Shown here piece by piece: positions 1 to 8,499 of a DNA stretch of 32,000 bases. Both the position numbers and the translations under genes were made by a program. Below the pieces are notes generated by a model, which ran no database searches, had not been told where the DNA came from, and was given only the letters and a program-made list of their open reading frames with translations. The stretch is taken from the NCBI GenBank assembly GCA_965140555.1, contig OZ223259.1, forward strand, positions 876,058-908,057, in the 5' to 3' direction. Numbering within the stretch: the first letter of the stretch is position 1; every line of letters begins with the position of its first letter. The DNA comes from Vallitaleaceae bacterium (GTDB lineage: Bacteria; Bacillota; Clostridia; Lachnospirales; Vallitaleaceae).

Positions 1-974
1 CCTTGCGTTCCTAGATAAGGTAACTTTGGGGTGACTAAGTTCTTTCCTACTAAATATCCCATTCGAATAGCATTCGTTGCTAAAGGAATATAGCTATATG
101 CGTCACTTGGGTTATGATAAACAGCACAACTATCACCTGCTGCATATACATTAGGTTGGCTCGTTTGCATATACTTATTTACCACAATTGCGCCGTTCTC
201 CAATGTATCCAATTCACCCTTTACAAGGTGTGTATTGGGCTTAAATCCGATACACAAAATAACCATATCTGCTTCATAAGAACCTTTATCTGTTAACACC
301 TTTGTAACAGCACCTGATTCATCCCCTTCAAAACCAGTAACACATTCTCCAAGAGCAAGCTTGACACCTAAGTCAGTAAAAGCGGCTTCCGCGTCATCAG
401 TCAAGTCTTTATCCAAATATTTACTTAGAATTCGATCAAGCGCATCAATGAGGACCACTTCTTTGCCGTTTTCCTGAAAAGCCTCTACCAGTTCAACGCC
501 AATATATCCGGCGCCTACAACCACAACTTTTTTTGCTTCTTTTGCCTGCTCAATAATCACATTAGAGTGATTAAAGTTTTTAGACAATAATATATTCTTG
601 AGCTCCCGTCCAGGCAACGCCGGATCAATTGGCCATGAACCTGTGGTTAATATCAATTTGTCATAGCTATCTGTCATTATCTCTCCTGTTGTTAAATTCT
701 TAACCTTCACAGTCTGAGCTTCATAATCTATATCCATAACATCATGTTCCATTTTCGTAGTAACGCCTAGATCATTTAAGGCTTCCGGCGATGAATAAAA
801 GAGTCCTTCCGGATCCTTCACCACACCTTGCACATAAAGAGCTATACCACAAGATAAAAATGATATATTGTTATTTCGTTCATATACGATAATCTCTGCA
901 TCCTCATAGTCTTTAGCCGCCGTTACTACAGCCGCTGTTCCTGCATGAGTACATCCTACAACGATAATTTTCAT
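1..974 (-). CDS. nox: NADH oxidase / NADH peroxidase-family flavoprotein disulfide oxidoreductase; 3' end runs off the window
   Basis: Absent from the ORF track because no stop lies inside the window. My translation from ATG 974-972 gives MKIIVVGCTHAGTAAVVTAAK...NISFLSCGIALYV (redox Cys in SFLSCG), a second dinucleotide fold KKVVVVGAGYIGVELVEAF, and VYAAGDS near the window edge. AGGAGG at 981-986 lies 6 nt upstream. Confidence 0.85.
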   Translation of the reverse strand, partial: MKIIVVGCTHAGTAAVVTAAKDYEDAEIIVYERNNNISFLSCGIALYVQGVVKDPEGLFYSSPEALNDLGVTTKMEHDVMDIDYEAQTVKVKNLTTGEIMTDSYDKLILTTGSWPIDPALPGRELKNILLSKNFNHSNVIIEQAKEAKKVVVVGAGYIGVELVEAFQENGKEVVLIDALDRILSKYLDKDLTDDAEAAFTDLGVKLALGECVTGFEGDESGAVTKVLTDKGSYEADMVILCIGFKPNTHLVKGELDTLENGAIVVNKYMQTSQPNVYAAGDSCAVYHNPSDAYSYIPLATNAIRMGYLVGKNLVTPKLPYLGTQ

Positions 975-1024
975 AAACATCCTCCTTTGTTAAATAATAA
1001 TCAAATACGATTATGTCAAATTCA

Positions 1025-1040
1025 CGTCTTCTAGAAGACG
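1025..1040. repeat. Perfect 16-bp palindrome CGTCTTCTAGAAGACG just downstream of the nox -10
   Basis: The sequence is self-complementary as read. Outer arms ATGTCA (1013-1018) and TGACAT (1048-1053) extend it, and the outer arm overlaps the -10 box. Confidence 0.6.
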
Positions 1041-1051
1041 CTAACAATGAC

Positions 1052-1080
1052 ATTATACATCAATCGATAATGATTTTCAA
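1052..1080 (-). promoter_or_regulatory. Sigma-A-type promoter for nox (TTGAAA-N17-TATAAT)
   Basis: On the minus strand, TTGAAA (1080-1075), a 17-nt spacer, then TATAAT (1057-1052). This gives a leader of about 70 nt before the SD at 981-986. By-eye consensus match only. Confidence 0.5.
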
Positions 1081-1097
1081 GTAGAATTATTTATTAC

Positions 1098-1787
1098 CTA
1101 CAAGCGATTAAATCGATATCCCACGCCCCAGACCGTTTCAATAATTTTGGGATGTGTATAATCTTTTTCAATTTTCTTCCGAATCTTTTGAACATATACC
1201 GGTACTGTTCCGATATCCCCGTACTCATCTTCTCCCCAAACACGTTCAAAAATTGTCTGCTTGCTATGAACAATATCCGGGTTCTTCATGAAGAACAAGA
1301 GTATATCAAACTCTGTCGTAGTCATTGTCACTTCTTTATTATTAACAAAAACACGTCTGGATTCTTCATTGATTTGAACACCATTAAATTCAATGACACC
1401 ATGTTGTGTCGATACATTTAGCAAACGATCATAGCGCGATAACTGATTTTTCACACGAGCCACCAACTCATTTGGATTAAATGGTTTGGTCATATAATCA
1501 TCGGCACCTAATTCAATTCCTTTAATTTTATCCATGTCGTCACTTCGTGCCGACACCACGATAAAGGGTATATTCAACTTTTCTCGAATCATCATTAATA
1601 TATCATAGCCATTGATATTAGGAAGCATTATATCCACGATAATCAGCTGATATTGTTTTGTCATTGCTTCCTTTAATCCTTTATGTCCATCAGTCTCTAT
1701 AGTGACCTCATATCCGTTAATTTCTAAAAAATCTTTCTCCAATGATGCAATTTGCATATCATCTTCTATAATTAATATTTTTGCCAT
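1098..1787 (-). CDS. OmpR/PhoB-family response regulator (REC plus winged-helix)
   Basis: N-terminal receiver (MAKILIIEDD...IIVDIMLPNINGYD...KPF) and C-terminal trans_reg_C-like domain (TTTEFDILLFFMKNP...VWGVGYRF). The SD GGAGG sits inside the 3' end of the upstream kinase gene, with a 2-nt gap. Confidence 0.9.
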   Translation of the reverse strand: MAKILIIEDDMQIASLEKDFLEINGYEVTIETDGHKGLKEAMTKQYQLIIVDIMLPNINGYDILMMIREKLNIPFIVVSARSDDMDKIKGIELGADDYMTKPFNPNELVARVKNQLSRYDRLLNVSTQHGVIEFNGVQINEESRRVFVNNKEVTMTTTEFDILLFFMKNPDIVHSKQTIFERVWGEDEYGDIGTVPVYVQKIRKKIEKDYTHPKIIETVWGVGYRFNRL

Positions 1788-1789
1788 TG

Positions 1790-2965
1790 CTATAGTTCCT
1801 CCTTGTTCTTCTTATCCAATGTAAAGGTGATTTTAGTCCCTTCACCTAGTCTTGATTCTGCAGTAATCTTACCTCCATGAGCTTCAACGAGTTGTTTTGC
1901 TATTGCCAATCCTAGTCCCGTACCACCGACTTCTTTATTCCGTGTTACATCTTCTCTATAAAAAACATCAAAAATCTGATCAACATTTTCCTCGCTGATT
2001 CCACGTCCATTATCTTGAATCGCTACTTGAACACCCTCTCCAAAATCAGAAGCAGTAATATGAATCTTAGGGTTCTCTCTATCACCATACTTGACCGCAT
2101 TCGATAATATATTAGCCATAATTCGATATACCATTTTCCCATCAATAGGTATATATTTTTCCTTTTCAATGGACATTGTATAGGTAACTGCAATCCCTTC
2201 TTCTTCTAGTTCCAACTGCTTTTCTATAATAACATCTTGAAGAAATTCACAAATGGGTAACTCTTCAAAATTATATTGCATCTGGTTAATATCTAGTTTC
2301 GAAAATAAAAACAAATCATCAATAAGCTTATTGGTATATTGGGCATTGGACTCGATGATCGAAAGATATTTTTCTCTCTTTTCTTCTGTTTGTGCAACAC
2401 CTGTTTGTATCGCATCCACATAGCCTACAATGGATGTAATCGGCGTTTTCAGGTCATGGGATATTCCCGCAATGAGTTCCTTCCTATTCTGCTCATAACG
2501 TTCCTTTAAGTCATTAGCTTTCTTCAATTCTACACTCATTCGATTAAAGGAAACAATAAGGTCTCCTACCAAATTATATTGGTCTTCTTCAACGGTATAT
2601 CCATAGTGCCCTTTGGCAATTTCATCTACCGCACGTCTTAATCGTTCTAGCGGCTTCATTAAACGTGTTCTCATTTGTATAGAAAAGAATAACGTACTAA
2701 GCTCTTTTATTAGCATTACCGTACTGAAAATCACGAGAATAAATAAAGGAAGCTTCAATCTTACAAGCATGAACACAAGGTAAAAGATTACCAGCATAAT
2801 TCCCAAGAAAAACAAAGGAATCCACTTTAAAAAGCGCTGCATTCGCTCAAATTCACGCATTGCTTGCTTGATTTCTTTTTCACTTGGGGGTGTATTAAAA
2901 AAACCGCTGATACGAATGGTATGAATAACGCGGTCCTTGTTTTTATTGTCTTTATTAGGTTCCAT
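1790..2965 (-). CDS. Sensor histidine kinase, intramembrane-sensing type (2 TM, HAMP, HisKA, HATPase_c)
   Basis: H-box ELIAGISHDLKTPITSI, N-box ILSNAVKYG, G-boxes DNGRGI and GGTGLGLAIAK. The two TM helices (WIPLFFLGIMLVIFYLVFMLV and LPLFILVIFSTVML) are separated by only about 3 residues. AAGGAG lies 5 nt upstream of the ATG at 2965. Confidence 0.9.
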   Translation of the reverse strand: MEPNKDNKNKDRVIHTIRISGFFNTPPSEKEIKQAMREFERMQRFLKWIPLFFLGIMLVIFYLVFMLVRLKLPLFILVIFSTVMLIKELSTLFFSIQMRTRLMKPLERLRRAVDEIAKGHYGYTVEEDQYNLVGDLIVSFNRMSVELKKANDLKERYEQNRKELIAGISHDLKTPITSIVGYVDAIQTGVAQTEEKREKYLSIIESNAQYTNKLIDDLFLFSKLDINQMQYNFEELPICEFLQDVIIEKQLELEEEGIAVTYTMSIEKEKYIPIDGKMVYRIMANILSNAVKYGDRENPKIHITASDFGEGVQVAIQDNGRGISEENVDQIFDVFYREDVTRNKEVGGTGLGLAIAKQLVEAHGGKITAESRLGEGTKITFTLDKKNKEEL

Positions 2966-3010
2966 CGTAACTCCTTCTTAAACATAAGGTAAAAAATTAA
3001 TCTATATACC

Positions 3011-3037
3011 ATCATACCACGATAGTATAGTATCGTG
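3011..3037 (-). promoter_or_regulatory. Candidate extended -10 promoter (TGgTATGAT) for the kinase/regulator operon, overlapped by a 7-6-7 inverted repeat
   Basis: On the minus strand, TGG-TATGAT occupies 3019-3011. The inverted repeat CACGATA-N6-TATCGTG occupies 3018-3037, immediately upstream, in the spacer/-35 position. The -35 itself is weak. Confidence 0.35.
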
Positions 3038-3062
3038 ATAAAAAAAGTTTTAAAATTCCTTT

Positions 3063-3104
3063 AAAAAAAGCATGGGTTGTTTCTAAAAACAACCCATGCT
3101 TTTT
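3063..3104 (-). terminator. Rho-independent terminator downstream of the chemoreceptor gene (bidirectional shape)
   Basis: A 13-bp perfect stem (GCATGGGTTGTTT 3070-3082 pairing with AAACAACCCATGC 3087-3099) closes a 4-nt loop. It is flanked by A7 (3063-3069) and T5 (3100-3104), so a U-run follows on either strand. Confidence 0.8.
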
Positions 3105-3124
3105 ATCTTATAAATGACCTATTA

Positions 3125-4909
3125 TTATTCGTGTTCTAGCTTAAAACGCTCCATTAATTCGTTTAGTAGCCTTGTATTATCGGATACTTCTTTTGCAATC
3201 GCATCCAATTCACCAATGATTTCTTTTTGCGTTGTCATACTTGCATTAATTTCTTCAGATGCTGCTGCATTTTCTTCTGTTACAGCTGAAATGGACTGTA
3301 TAGCATGAAGCGCCATTTCTTTTGACTGATTAATACTGGTAAAGGATGTTTTGACGTCTTTCATCTTCGCTCCTGATTGTCGCGTTAAATTTGACGTTTC
3401 ATTAAATGTCTCTCGAACATCCTGCATTTTTTCAAATGCCTGTTGAATGGATGTATTTGAGTAATCCATATTCGCTTTTGATGCATCAACACTTTCTGTT
3501 ACCAAGCGAATAATATCATTAATTTCCTTTGTTGATTGGGTTGTCTGTTCTGCTAGACTTCGAATTTCACTAGCTACAACAGCAAACCCTTTACCTGCTT
3601 CTCCTGCACGCGCCGCTTCAATAGAGGCATTCAATGCCAGAAGATTGGTTTGTCCTGCTATTCCTTCAATAACAACAATAATCTCATTAATATTATTGGA
3701 ATGTTCATTCAAATTATCAATATCAGAATTTAATTTTTTGATCACATCTAACGTATTGGTGAATTCCTGAACAAGTTCCGTTACCGATGTTTCTCCGACT
3801 TCCTGCTGGCTTTTCACCTTTTCAGAAAAAGCCATAACCTCTTCTGCCAGTTGATTACTCGTATCAATATGCTCATTCAATGCTTCGAGACTATATACAC
3901 TCTCTTGTGCATCGCCTGCTTGCTCTTGCGCTCCTTGAGCAAATTCATCAATGGCATTAACGACTGCATCTGAATTTTCCTTGGTCATCGACGATATTTC
4001 CGTCATGTCAGATACATGTTTATTTAACGTTCGTGTAAATCGTTGAATTTCTTGAATCACTTGCATCAATTCCATTGATAAGTGTTGAACCGATTGAGCC
4101 ATACTTCCGATTTCATCTTTACGTTTTGTCAACTGCACCATATTTGCATTTTCAGCAAAATTCAATTCTGAAACTTCTTTCAACTGATCATTAATGCGTC
4201 GTATAGGCCGTGTCAGGCTTATACTATATAACGTTGCACCAACAACACCAAGAACTAACATCAAAATAGCAACGCCGACGATAATCAACATATTTTGAGT
4301 AATGACTTGTTCATTTTCTATACGTTGATCCGCAATATAATGGTCAATATCATCAACATAGTTCCCTGTTCCGATAACCCAACCGAAAGGTTCATACAAT
4401 TTTGAATACCCACGCTTCGGAATTGGTTCAGTTCCGCTTGGTCTTCGAAACTTATAATCTACATATCCGCCACCATTCTTGGCCTGACTTATAAATTCTT
4501 GTATAATATATTTATCATCAATATCTTGGAGATCCAATCGATTTGTCCCTTCGCTATCGCCACCTAACAGGACAATATTATTACCCTCTAAATCATCTGC
4601 CCAAAAATAACCGGCGTTATTTTCTCCATAAACTGCATTACGAATAATATCTGCTGCAATAAGTTTTCCTTCATCTTCTGTAATCACACCGGCATCTATT
4701 TGATTCACAATACCGTCTAATTCGTTAGTCACAATATCCACTTGATCTTTTAACATCTTGTCATATTGATCTCGCATATACGTTTCCATTGTACTGATGT
4801 TCTCATGCCCCGCTTTATTCAATGCATAGTATGAGAAGCCGCTGACAACCAAAATTGAGATAAAAACCAATAAATTCGTAATTAATATTTGCTTAGTCCT
4901 TAGATTCAT
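3125..4909 (-). CDS. Methyl-accepting chemotaxis protein with a periplasmic Cache-type sensor domain
   Basis: Two TM segments bracket a Cache-like domain ([17 protein letters not shown]...[12 protein letters not shown]...[13 protein letters not shown]). A HAMP region follows, then the conserved signalling hairpin [43 protein letters not shown] lies 7 nt upstream. Confidence 0.9.
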   Translation of the reverse strand: MNLRTKQILITNLLVFISILVVSGFSYYALNKAGHENISTMETYMRDQYDKMLKDQVDIVTNELDGIVNQIDAGVITEDEGKLIAADIIRNAVYGENNAGYFWADDLEGNNIVLLGGDSEGTNRLDLQDIDDKYIIQEFISQAKNGGGYVDYKFRRPSGTEPIPKRGYSKLYEPFGWVIGTGNYVDDIDHYIADQRIENEQVITQNMLIIVGVAILMLVLGVVGATLYSISLTRPIRRINDQLKEVSELNFAENANMVQLTKRKDEIGSMAQSVQHLSMELMQVIQEIQRFTRTLNKHVSDMTEISSMTKENSDAVVNAIDEFAQGAQEQAGDAQESVYSLEALNEHIDTSNQLAEEVMAFSEKVKSQQEVGETSVTELVQEFTNTLDVIKKLNSDIDNLNEHSNNINEIIVVIEGIAGQTNLLALNASIEAARAGEAGKGFAVVASEIRSLAEQTTQSTKEINDIIRLVTESVDASKANMDYSNTSIQQAFEKMQDVRETFNETSNLTRQSGAKMKDVKTSFTSINQSKEMALHAIQSISAVTEENAAASEEINASMTTQKEIIGELDAIAKEVSDNTRLLNELMERFKLEHE

Positions 4910-4935
4910 AGCACAACCTCCTTTTATTTTCTATT

Positions 4936-6777
4936 CTAATCCATCATTAACTTGAGTCCTTTTACTTCATCACTCATTCTGTCTCGAACATCTCCGCTTG
5001 GATTAAAGAGGCTGTCATATCGATAGAAAGAATAACCTATATTCGAATCCACGTCATTAATAGTTTGAATCATTGACATGAGAATACGCTGACTTTCAAT
5101 CCATTCATTGATTCCACCCTTTGCCCATTTGTCTTCCAATCCGACTTTATAAGCTGCTAAACCAATATACAAGTCGACATCTTCATTTCTTTTATTTGCA
5201 TACCATTGACGCACTAGCGTTTCATAAGGGGAGGTCTCATTATCATATCCATAATAGATTTGAGGACATATATAATCCACATATCCTGAAGCAGACATCC
5301 ATAAATCTACATCTATATATTGCTTCTCATAGTTGTTTGTCATGTTCCCTTGAGGACTTATTCCAAAGAGGACATCTTCATCATGTTCTTTTACCGTTGT
5401 ATAAACTTGTCTGACCAGTGTATTCACCTGTTCTCTTCGCCACTGTGCTTGAGTTTCATTCCCATTTGACTGATACACCTCATAGTCATCCGCATCAAAA
5501 CTCATATCTGTTGTCGGATAAAAGTAATCGTCGAATTGAATCCCGTCAACAGCATAGTTGTCAATAATTTCCGCAACACCTTCAGCAATAAGGTCACGAA
5601 CGTCTTGTCGCGCAGGATTTAGATACAATCCATTTCCCAACTGAATGACCTCGCCGGTTCCTTCTTGATACCAAGATTCTATGACGGTACCTTTAGCTAA
5701 CGGATTACGACTCACATTGCTACGAATTCGGTATGGATTAATCCATGCATGAATCTTTATTCCCCGCTCATGGGCTTTATCTATCATAATAGAGAGCGGA
5801 TCATAACCAGGATCTTTCCCCTCCGTACCTGTCATCATATAGGACCATGGGAATACTTTTGAAGGATAGAACGCATCTCCCATAGGACGAACTTGAGCAA
5901 ACACTGTATTAAGGCCTAAATCCTTCACATTATCCATAACTTTATCGATGGACTCAGAAAACTGAGCTTCAGATTTATTCTCTAATATTGGCTGCAATTC
6001 AAGGTAAGACAACCATATAGCACGTACTTGATCCGTGTTATGTGCCGTAGTCTCTCCTTTTGAGGGTTCTCTACTCGGCCCCTTGTCCGATTGTTCCTTG
6101 TCTTCCGAATCTTGATTCTCTTGGCTACGTGTCGTCTCATCTAAGGCTTCTAATGACTTATAGTCAACGACACCTTCCTGAACTAGATAATCAATTAATC
6201 GTTCTCCTGAATCTTTTCTATGTGCAAAGACAACTTGATACGATAGATGAACCATATCCGCTCGTGTTAACGTTGCTTGATTGTCACTTTCAAATCTGTC
6301 ATAATCCTTATAATCTATAATTCCTAAGAGATTTGCTTTCTGTACTGCTTGATCCCATACAAAATCCCCTTGTTGGTCATCGTAACCTAAAGCCCTCAAA
6401 AGCATCGTCATATATTGATTGGCTGTAAGGGCGCTATCTGAGCCAAACTCAGTTGCACTCATTCCAATCATGATTTTATTGTTGTATAAAAAACGAATGT
6501 GGGGCTTTGCCCATTCATGAACATCCTGAAACGGAATCGACTGCGACATAAGAAATGCATTACTCTCTTGTCCAAGTAGACGTACTAACATAACGGCACC
6601 TTGACTTCGATTTGTCAACGCATCCAGTTCATATCCATTATCTGTTCCTTGAAAAAGCCCTAACATATGAAGGACATCTGCTTCTTCTTGGGCTTGATCT
6701 GTCTCTGCTGCCCATATACCTTGACTGAATACAAGCATCATCATGATAAAAATTGTTGCTTTTAGTTTAACTGTCAT
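4936..6777 (-). CDS. Secreted glycoside-hydrolase-like family 10 (GHL10/YngK-like) protein with N-terminal SLH-like repeats
   Basis: Signal peptide MTVKLKATIFIMMMLVFSQGIWA; SLH-like repeats (LGLFQGTDNGYELDALTNRSQGAVMLVRLLG; HEWAKPHIRFLYNNKIMIGMSATEFGSDSALTANQYMTMLLRALGY); an acidic/Ser-rich linker; then a TIM-barrel-like GHL10 region (AIWLSY...LGLNTVFAQVRPMGDAFYPS...KAHERGIKIHAWINPYR). The family call is from memory of PF02638-like sequences. Confidence 0.75.
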   Translation of the reverse strand: MTVKLKATIFIMMMLVFSQGIWAAETDQAQEEADVLHMLGLFQGTDNGYELDALTNRSQGAVMLVRLLGQESNAFLMSQSIPFQDVHEWAKPHIRFLYNNKIMIGMSATEFGSDSALTANQYMTMLLRALGYDDQQGDFVWDQAVQKANLLGIIDYKDYDRFESDNQATLTRADMVHLSYQVVFAHRKDSGERLIDYLVQEGVVDYKSLEALDETTRSQENQDSEDKEQSDKGPSREPSKGETTAHNTDQVRAIWLSYLELQPILENKSEAQFSESIDKVMDNVKDLGLNTVFAQVRPMGDAFYPSKVFPWSYMMTGTEGKDPGYDPLSIMIDKAHERGIKIHAWINPYRIRSNVSRNPLAKGTVIESWYQEGTGEVIQLGNGLYLNPARQDVRDLIAEGVAEIIDNYAVDGIQFDDYFYPTTDMSFDADDYEVYQSNGNETQAQWRREQVNTLVRQVYTTVKEHDEDVLFGISPQGNMTNNYEKQYIDVDLWMSASGYVDYICPQIYYGYDNETSPYETLVRQWYANKRNEDVDLYIGLAAYKVGLEDKWAKGGINEWIESQRILMSMIQTINDVDSNIGYSFYRYDSLFNPSGDVRDRMSDEVKGLKLMMD

Positions 6778-6995
6778 AATATTACCTCTATCTTGTGTTT
6801 ATTTTTATATATCGTCATATTATCCCATGAACTTTACATCTATATCCTCAATACTAAAATGCCATTCGATGTATCTCCATTATAAGATATATTTCAATAA
6901 AAAGCGTGAATAAAATGTAAACCTTTCTATTTGCTATGTATTCATAAACGTTAATGGGATGCTTTTACGCATTGTCTTCTATGAATCTATATTAC

Positions 6996-7023
6996 AAAAA
7001 AGAGACCGGAAACTCCGATCTCC
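6996..7023 (-). terminator. Rho-independent terminator for the 49-aa ORF
   Basis: The minus strand reads GGAGATCGGAGTTTCCGGTCTC followed by TTTTTT. The stem is 8 bp with one mismatch (7002-7009 with 7015-7022), and the U-run corresponds to A6 at 6996-7001. It lies 21 nt after the stop at 7044. Confidence 0.55.
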
Positions 7024-7043
7024 AAATTCAAGTTTATATCTTA

Positions 7044-7193
7044 CTATTTTTCGTTTTCATCAATCCAATCTTTAGCATCTTCTATCGCTTCTGCATGAGG
7101 TATATGTACATTAGTTTCCTCTTCAAAACTCTCTGCATCAAGAACCGCTTCAGTTTGGTTTGGATTATATTCTCTTTGTTTTTTATCTTCCAT
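7044..7193 (-). CDS. Small acidic hypothetical protein, 49 aa (below the ORF-track size cut-off)
   Basis: My translation: MEDKKQREYNPNQTEAVLDAESFEEETNVHIPHAEAIEDAKDWIDENEK. AGGAGA (7201-7206) lies 7 nt upstream of the ATG. A consensus promoter lies upstream and a terminator downstream. The C-terminal AKDWIDENEK resembles small DUF3787-like clostridial proteins, but that is from memory and unverified. Confidence 0.6.
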   Translation of the reverse strand: MEDKKQREYNPNQTEAVLDAESFEEETNVHIPHAEAIEDAKDWIDENEK

Positions 7194-7252
7194 GTGACAC
7201 TCTCCTTTACTGTGCATTTCTATTCGTCATTGACGTTTTTGATTCTACACCT

Positions 7253-7281
7253 ATTATCGCTCTTTAAAAAGGAATTGTCAA
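7253..7281 (-). promoter_or_regulatory. Sigma-A-type promoter (TTGACA-N17-GATAAT) for the 49-aa ORF
   Basis: On the minus strand, TTGACA (7281-7276), a 17-nt spacer, then GATAAT (7258-7253). It lies about 45 nt upstream of the SD. Confidence 0.55.
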
Positions 7282-7319
7282 TAGTATATAATAATTATTA
7301 TCCGTTACTATGTTCTACT

Positions 7320-8414
7320 TTATGAAAGATACCCTTCTGCTTTAAGCAATTCTGCAATTAACACAGCACCTCCTGCGGCACCACGCAATGTATTATGAGA
7401 CAGACAAACAAATTTGTAATCAAATTGTCGGTCCTCCCGAAGACGTCCGACTGAAATACCCATTCCACGCTCATAATCCCGATCAAGTCCGGTTTGAGGA
7501 CGATTGTCTTCTTCCATGTATCGAATAAACTGTTCCGGTGCTAAAGGTAGTTTTAACGCTTGAGGTTGACCGCTATAAGTATTCCAAGCTTGAATCATCT
7601 CCTCTTTCGTCGGTTTCTTTTCAAAATTTACATAAACAGCTGCCATGTGACCATCCAATACCGGAACTCGAATACATTGAGCTGAAACAAGCGGCTCTGT
7701 TGCATGAACAATGGCATCACCGTCAATATGACCCCATATCTTCATCGGCTCCAATTCACTTTTCTCTTCTTCGCCACCAATATAAGGAATAACATTATCA
7801 ATCATCTCCGGCCATGTCTCAAATGTTTTTCCTGCCCCACTAATTGCTTGATAGGTGCAAACAATAATATCTTTAGGACCGTAAGCCTTCAATGCTTCTA
7901 TTGCCGGGACATAACTTTGAATGGAACAATTCGGCTTTACTGCTATAAATCCTTTTGTTGTATTCAACCGCTTCTTTTGAAACGGAATGATATCTAGATG
8001 TTCGTTATTCACTTCCGGTATTACCATAGGTACATCCGGTGTCATACGATGGGCTGAATTATTCGAAATAACCGGGACTTCTGCTTTTGCATAGGATACT
8101 TCAAGGGCACGAATGTCGTCTTTAGGCATATCTACGGCACAAAAAACAAAATCAACTTCCTTGGCAATGGCGTCCACATCCATAGCATTATAGATTATCA
8201 TTGGTTTAATCCACTCAGGAATAACCTCTTTTTGAGCCCAACGATTTCCTACTGCCTCTTCATAGGTCTTTCCTGCTGACCTGGGACTTGCTGCAAGTAA
8301 TGAAATTTCAAACCATTCATGTTGATGTAGTAGCGTAATAAACCGTTGACCCACCATTCCTGTTGCGCCAATAATTCCGACTTTCAATTTTTGATTCATG
8401 ATTATCTCACTCAT
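7320..8414 (-). CDS. asd: Aspartate-semialdehyde dehydrogenase
   Basis: KVGIIGATGMVGQRF NAD(P)-binding motif, active-site KPNCSIQSY, and C-terminal LSHNTLRGAAGGAVLIAELL. The true start may be the second ATG at 8399 (MNQKLKVGIIG...); neither ATG has a strong SD. Confidence 0.9.
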   Translation of the reverse strand: MSEIIMNQKLKVGIIGATGMVGQRFITLLHQHEWFEISLLAASPRSAGKTYEEAVGNRWAQKEVIPEWIKPMIIYNAMDVDAIAKEVDFVFCAVDMPKDDIRALEVSYAKAEVPVISNNSAHRMTPDVPMVIPEVNNEHLDIIPFQKKRLNTTKGFIAVKPNCSIQSYVPAIEALKAYGPKDIIVCTYQAISGAGKTFETWPEMIDNVIPYIGGEEEKSELEPMKIWGHIDGDAIVHATEPLVSAQCIRVPVLDGHMAAVYVNFEKKPTKEEMIQAWNTYSGQPQALKLPLAPEQFIRYMEEDNRPQTGLDRDYERGMGISVGRLREDRQFDYKFVCLSHNTLRGAAGGAVLIAELLKAEGYLS

Positions 8415-8467
8415 TTCTCATTAGTTTTTGTCTTTCTTAGGAAGACATCTGTTTTTATCTTGTGGAT

Positions 8468-8496
8468 ATTTTACCACTCTTCCTATTTGAAGTCAA
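8468..8496 (-). promoter_or_regulatory. Sigma-A-type promoter (TTGACT-N17-TAAAAT) for asd
   Basis: On the minus strand, TTGACT (8496-8491), a 17-nt spacer, then TAAAAT (8473-8468). It sits immediately after the ilvE stop codon. Confidence 0.5.
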
Positions 8497-8499
8497 TAA

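Noticed and set aside
1013-1053. Rex operator upstream of nox
   Set aside because: The palindrome CGTCTTCTAGAAGACG does not match TTGTGAA-N6-TTCACAA or the clostridial TTGTTAA-N4-TTAACAA variant. The nearby TTGTTAG has no symmetric partner.
2827-3015. 62-aa minus-strand ORF overlapping the 5' end of the histidine kinase gene
   Set aside because: It is in an alternative frame of the kinase and spans the promoter region. It has no SD, and the kinase start at 2965 has a good AAGGAG.
6954-7325. 123-aa plus-strand ORF in the GHL10-asd gap
   Set aside because: It has no SD and its sequence is highly repetitive, hydrophobic and low in complexity. It runs antisense across a well-formed minus-strand cassette (promoter, SD, 49-aa ORF, terminator) and into the asd stop.
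8428-8450. Weak hairpin (GTCTT-N7-AAGAC) between ilvE and asd as a terminator
   Set aside because: It has only about 5 bp and no U-run on the minus strand. It also lies downstream of the predicted asd promoter, so at most it is a leader structure.
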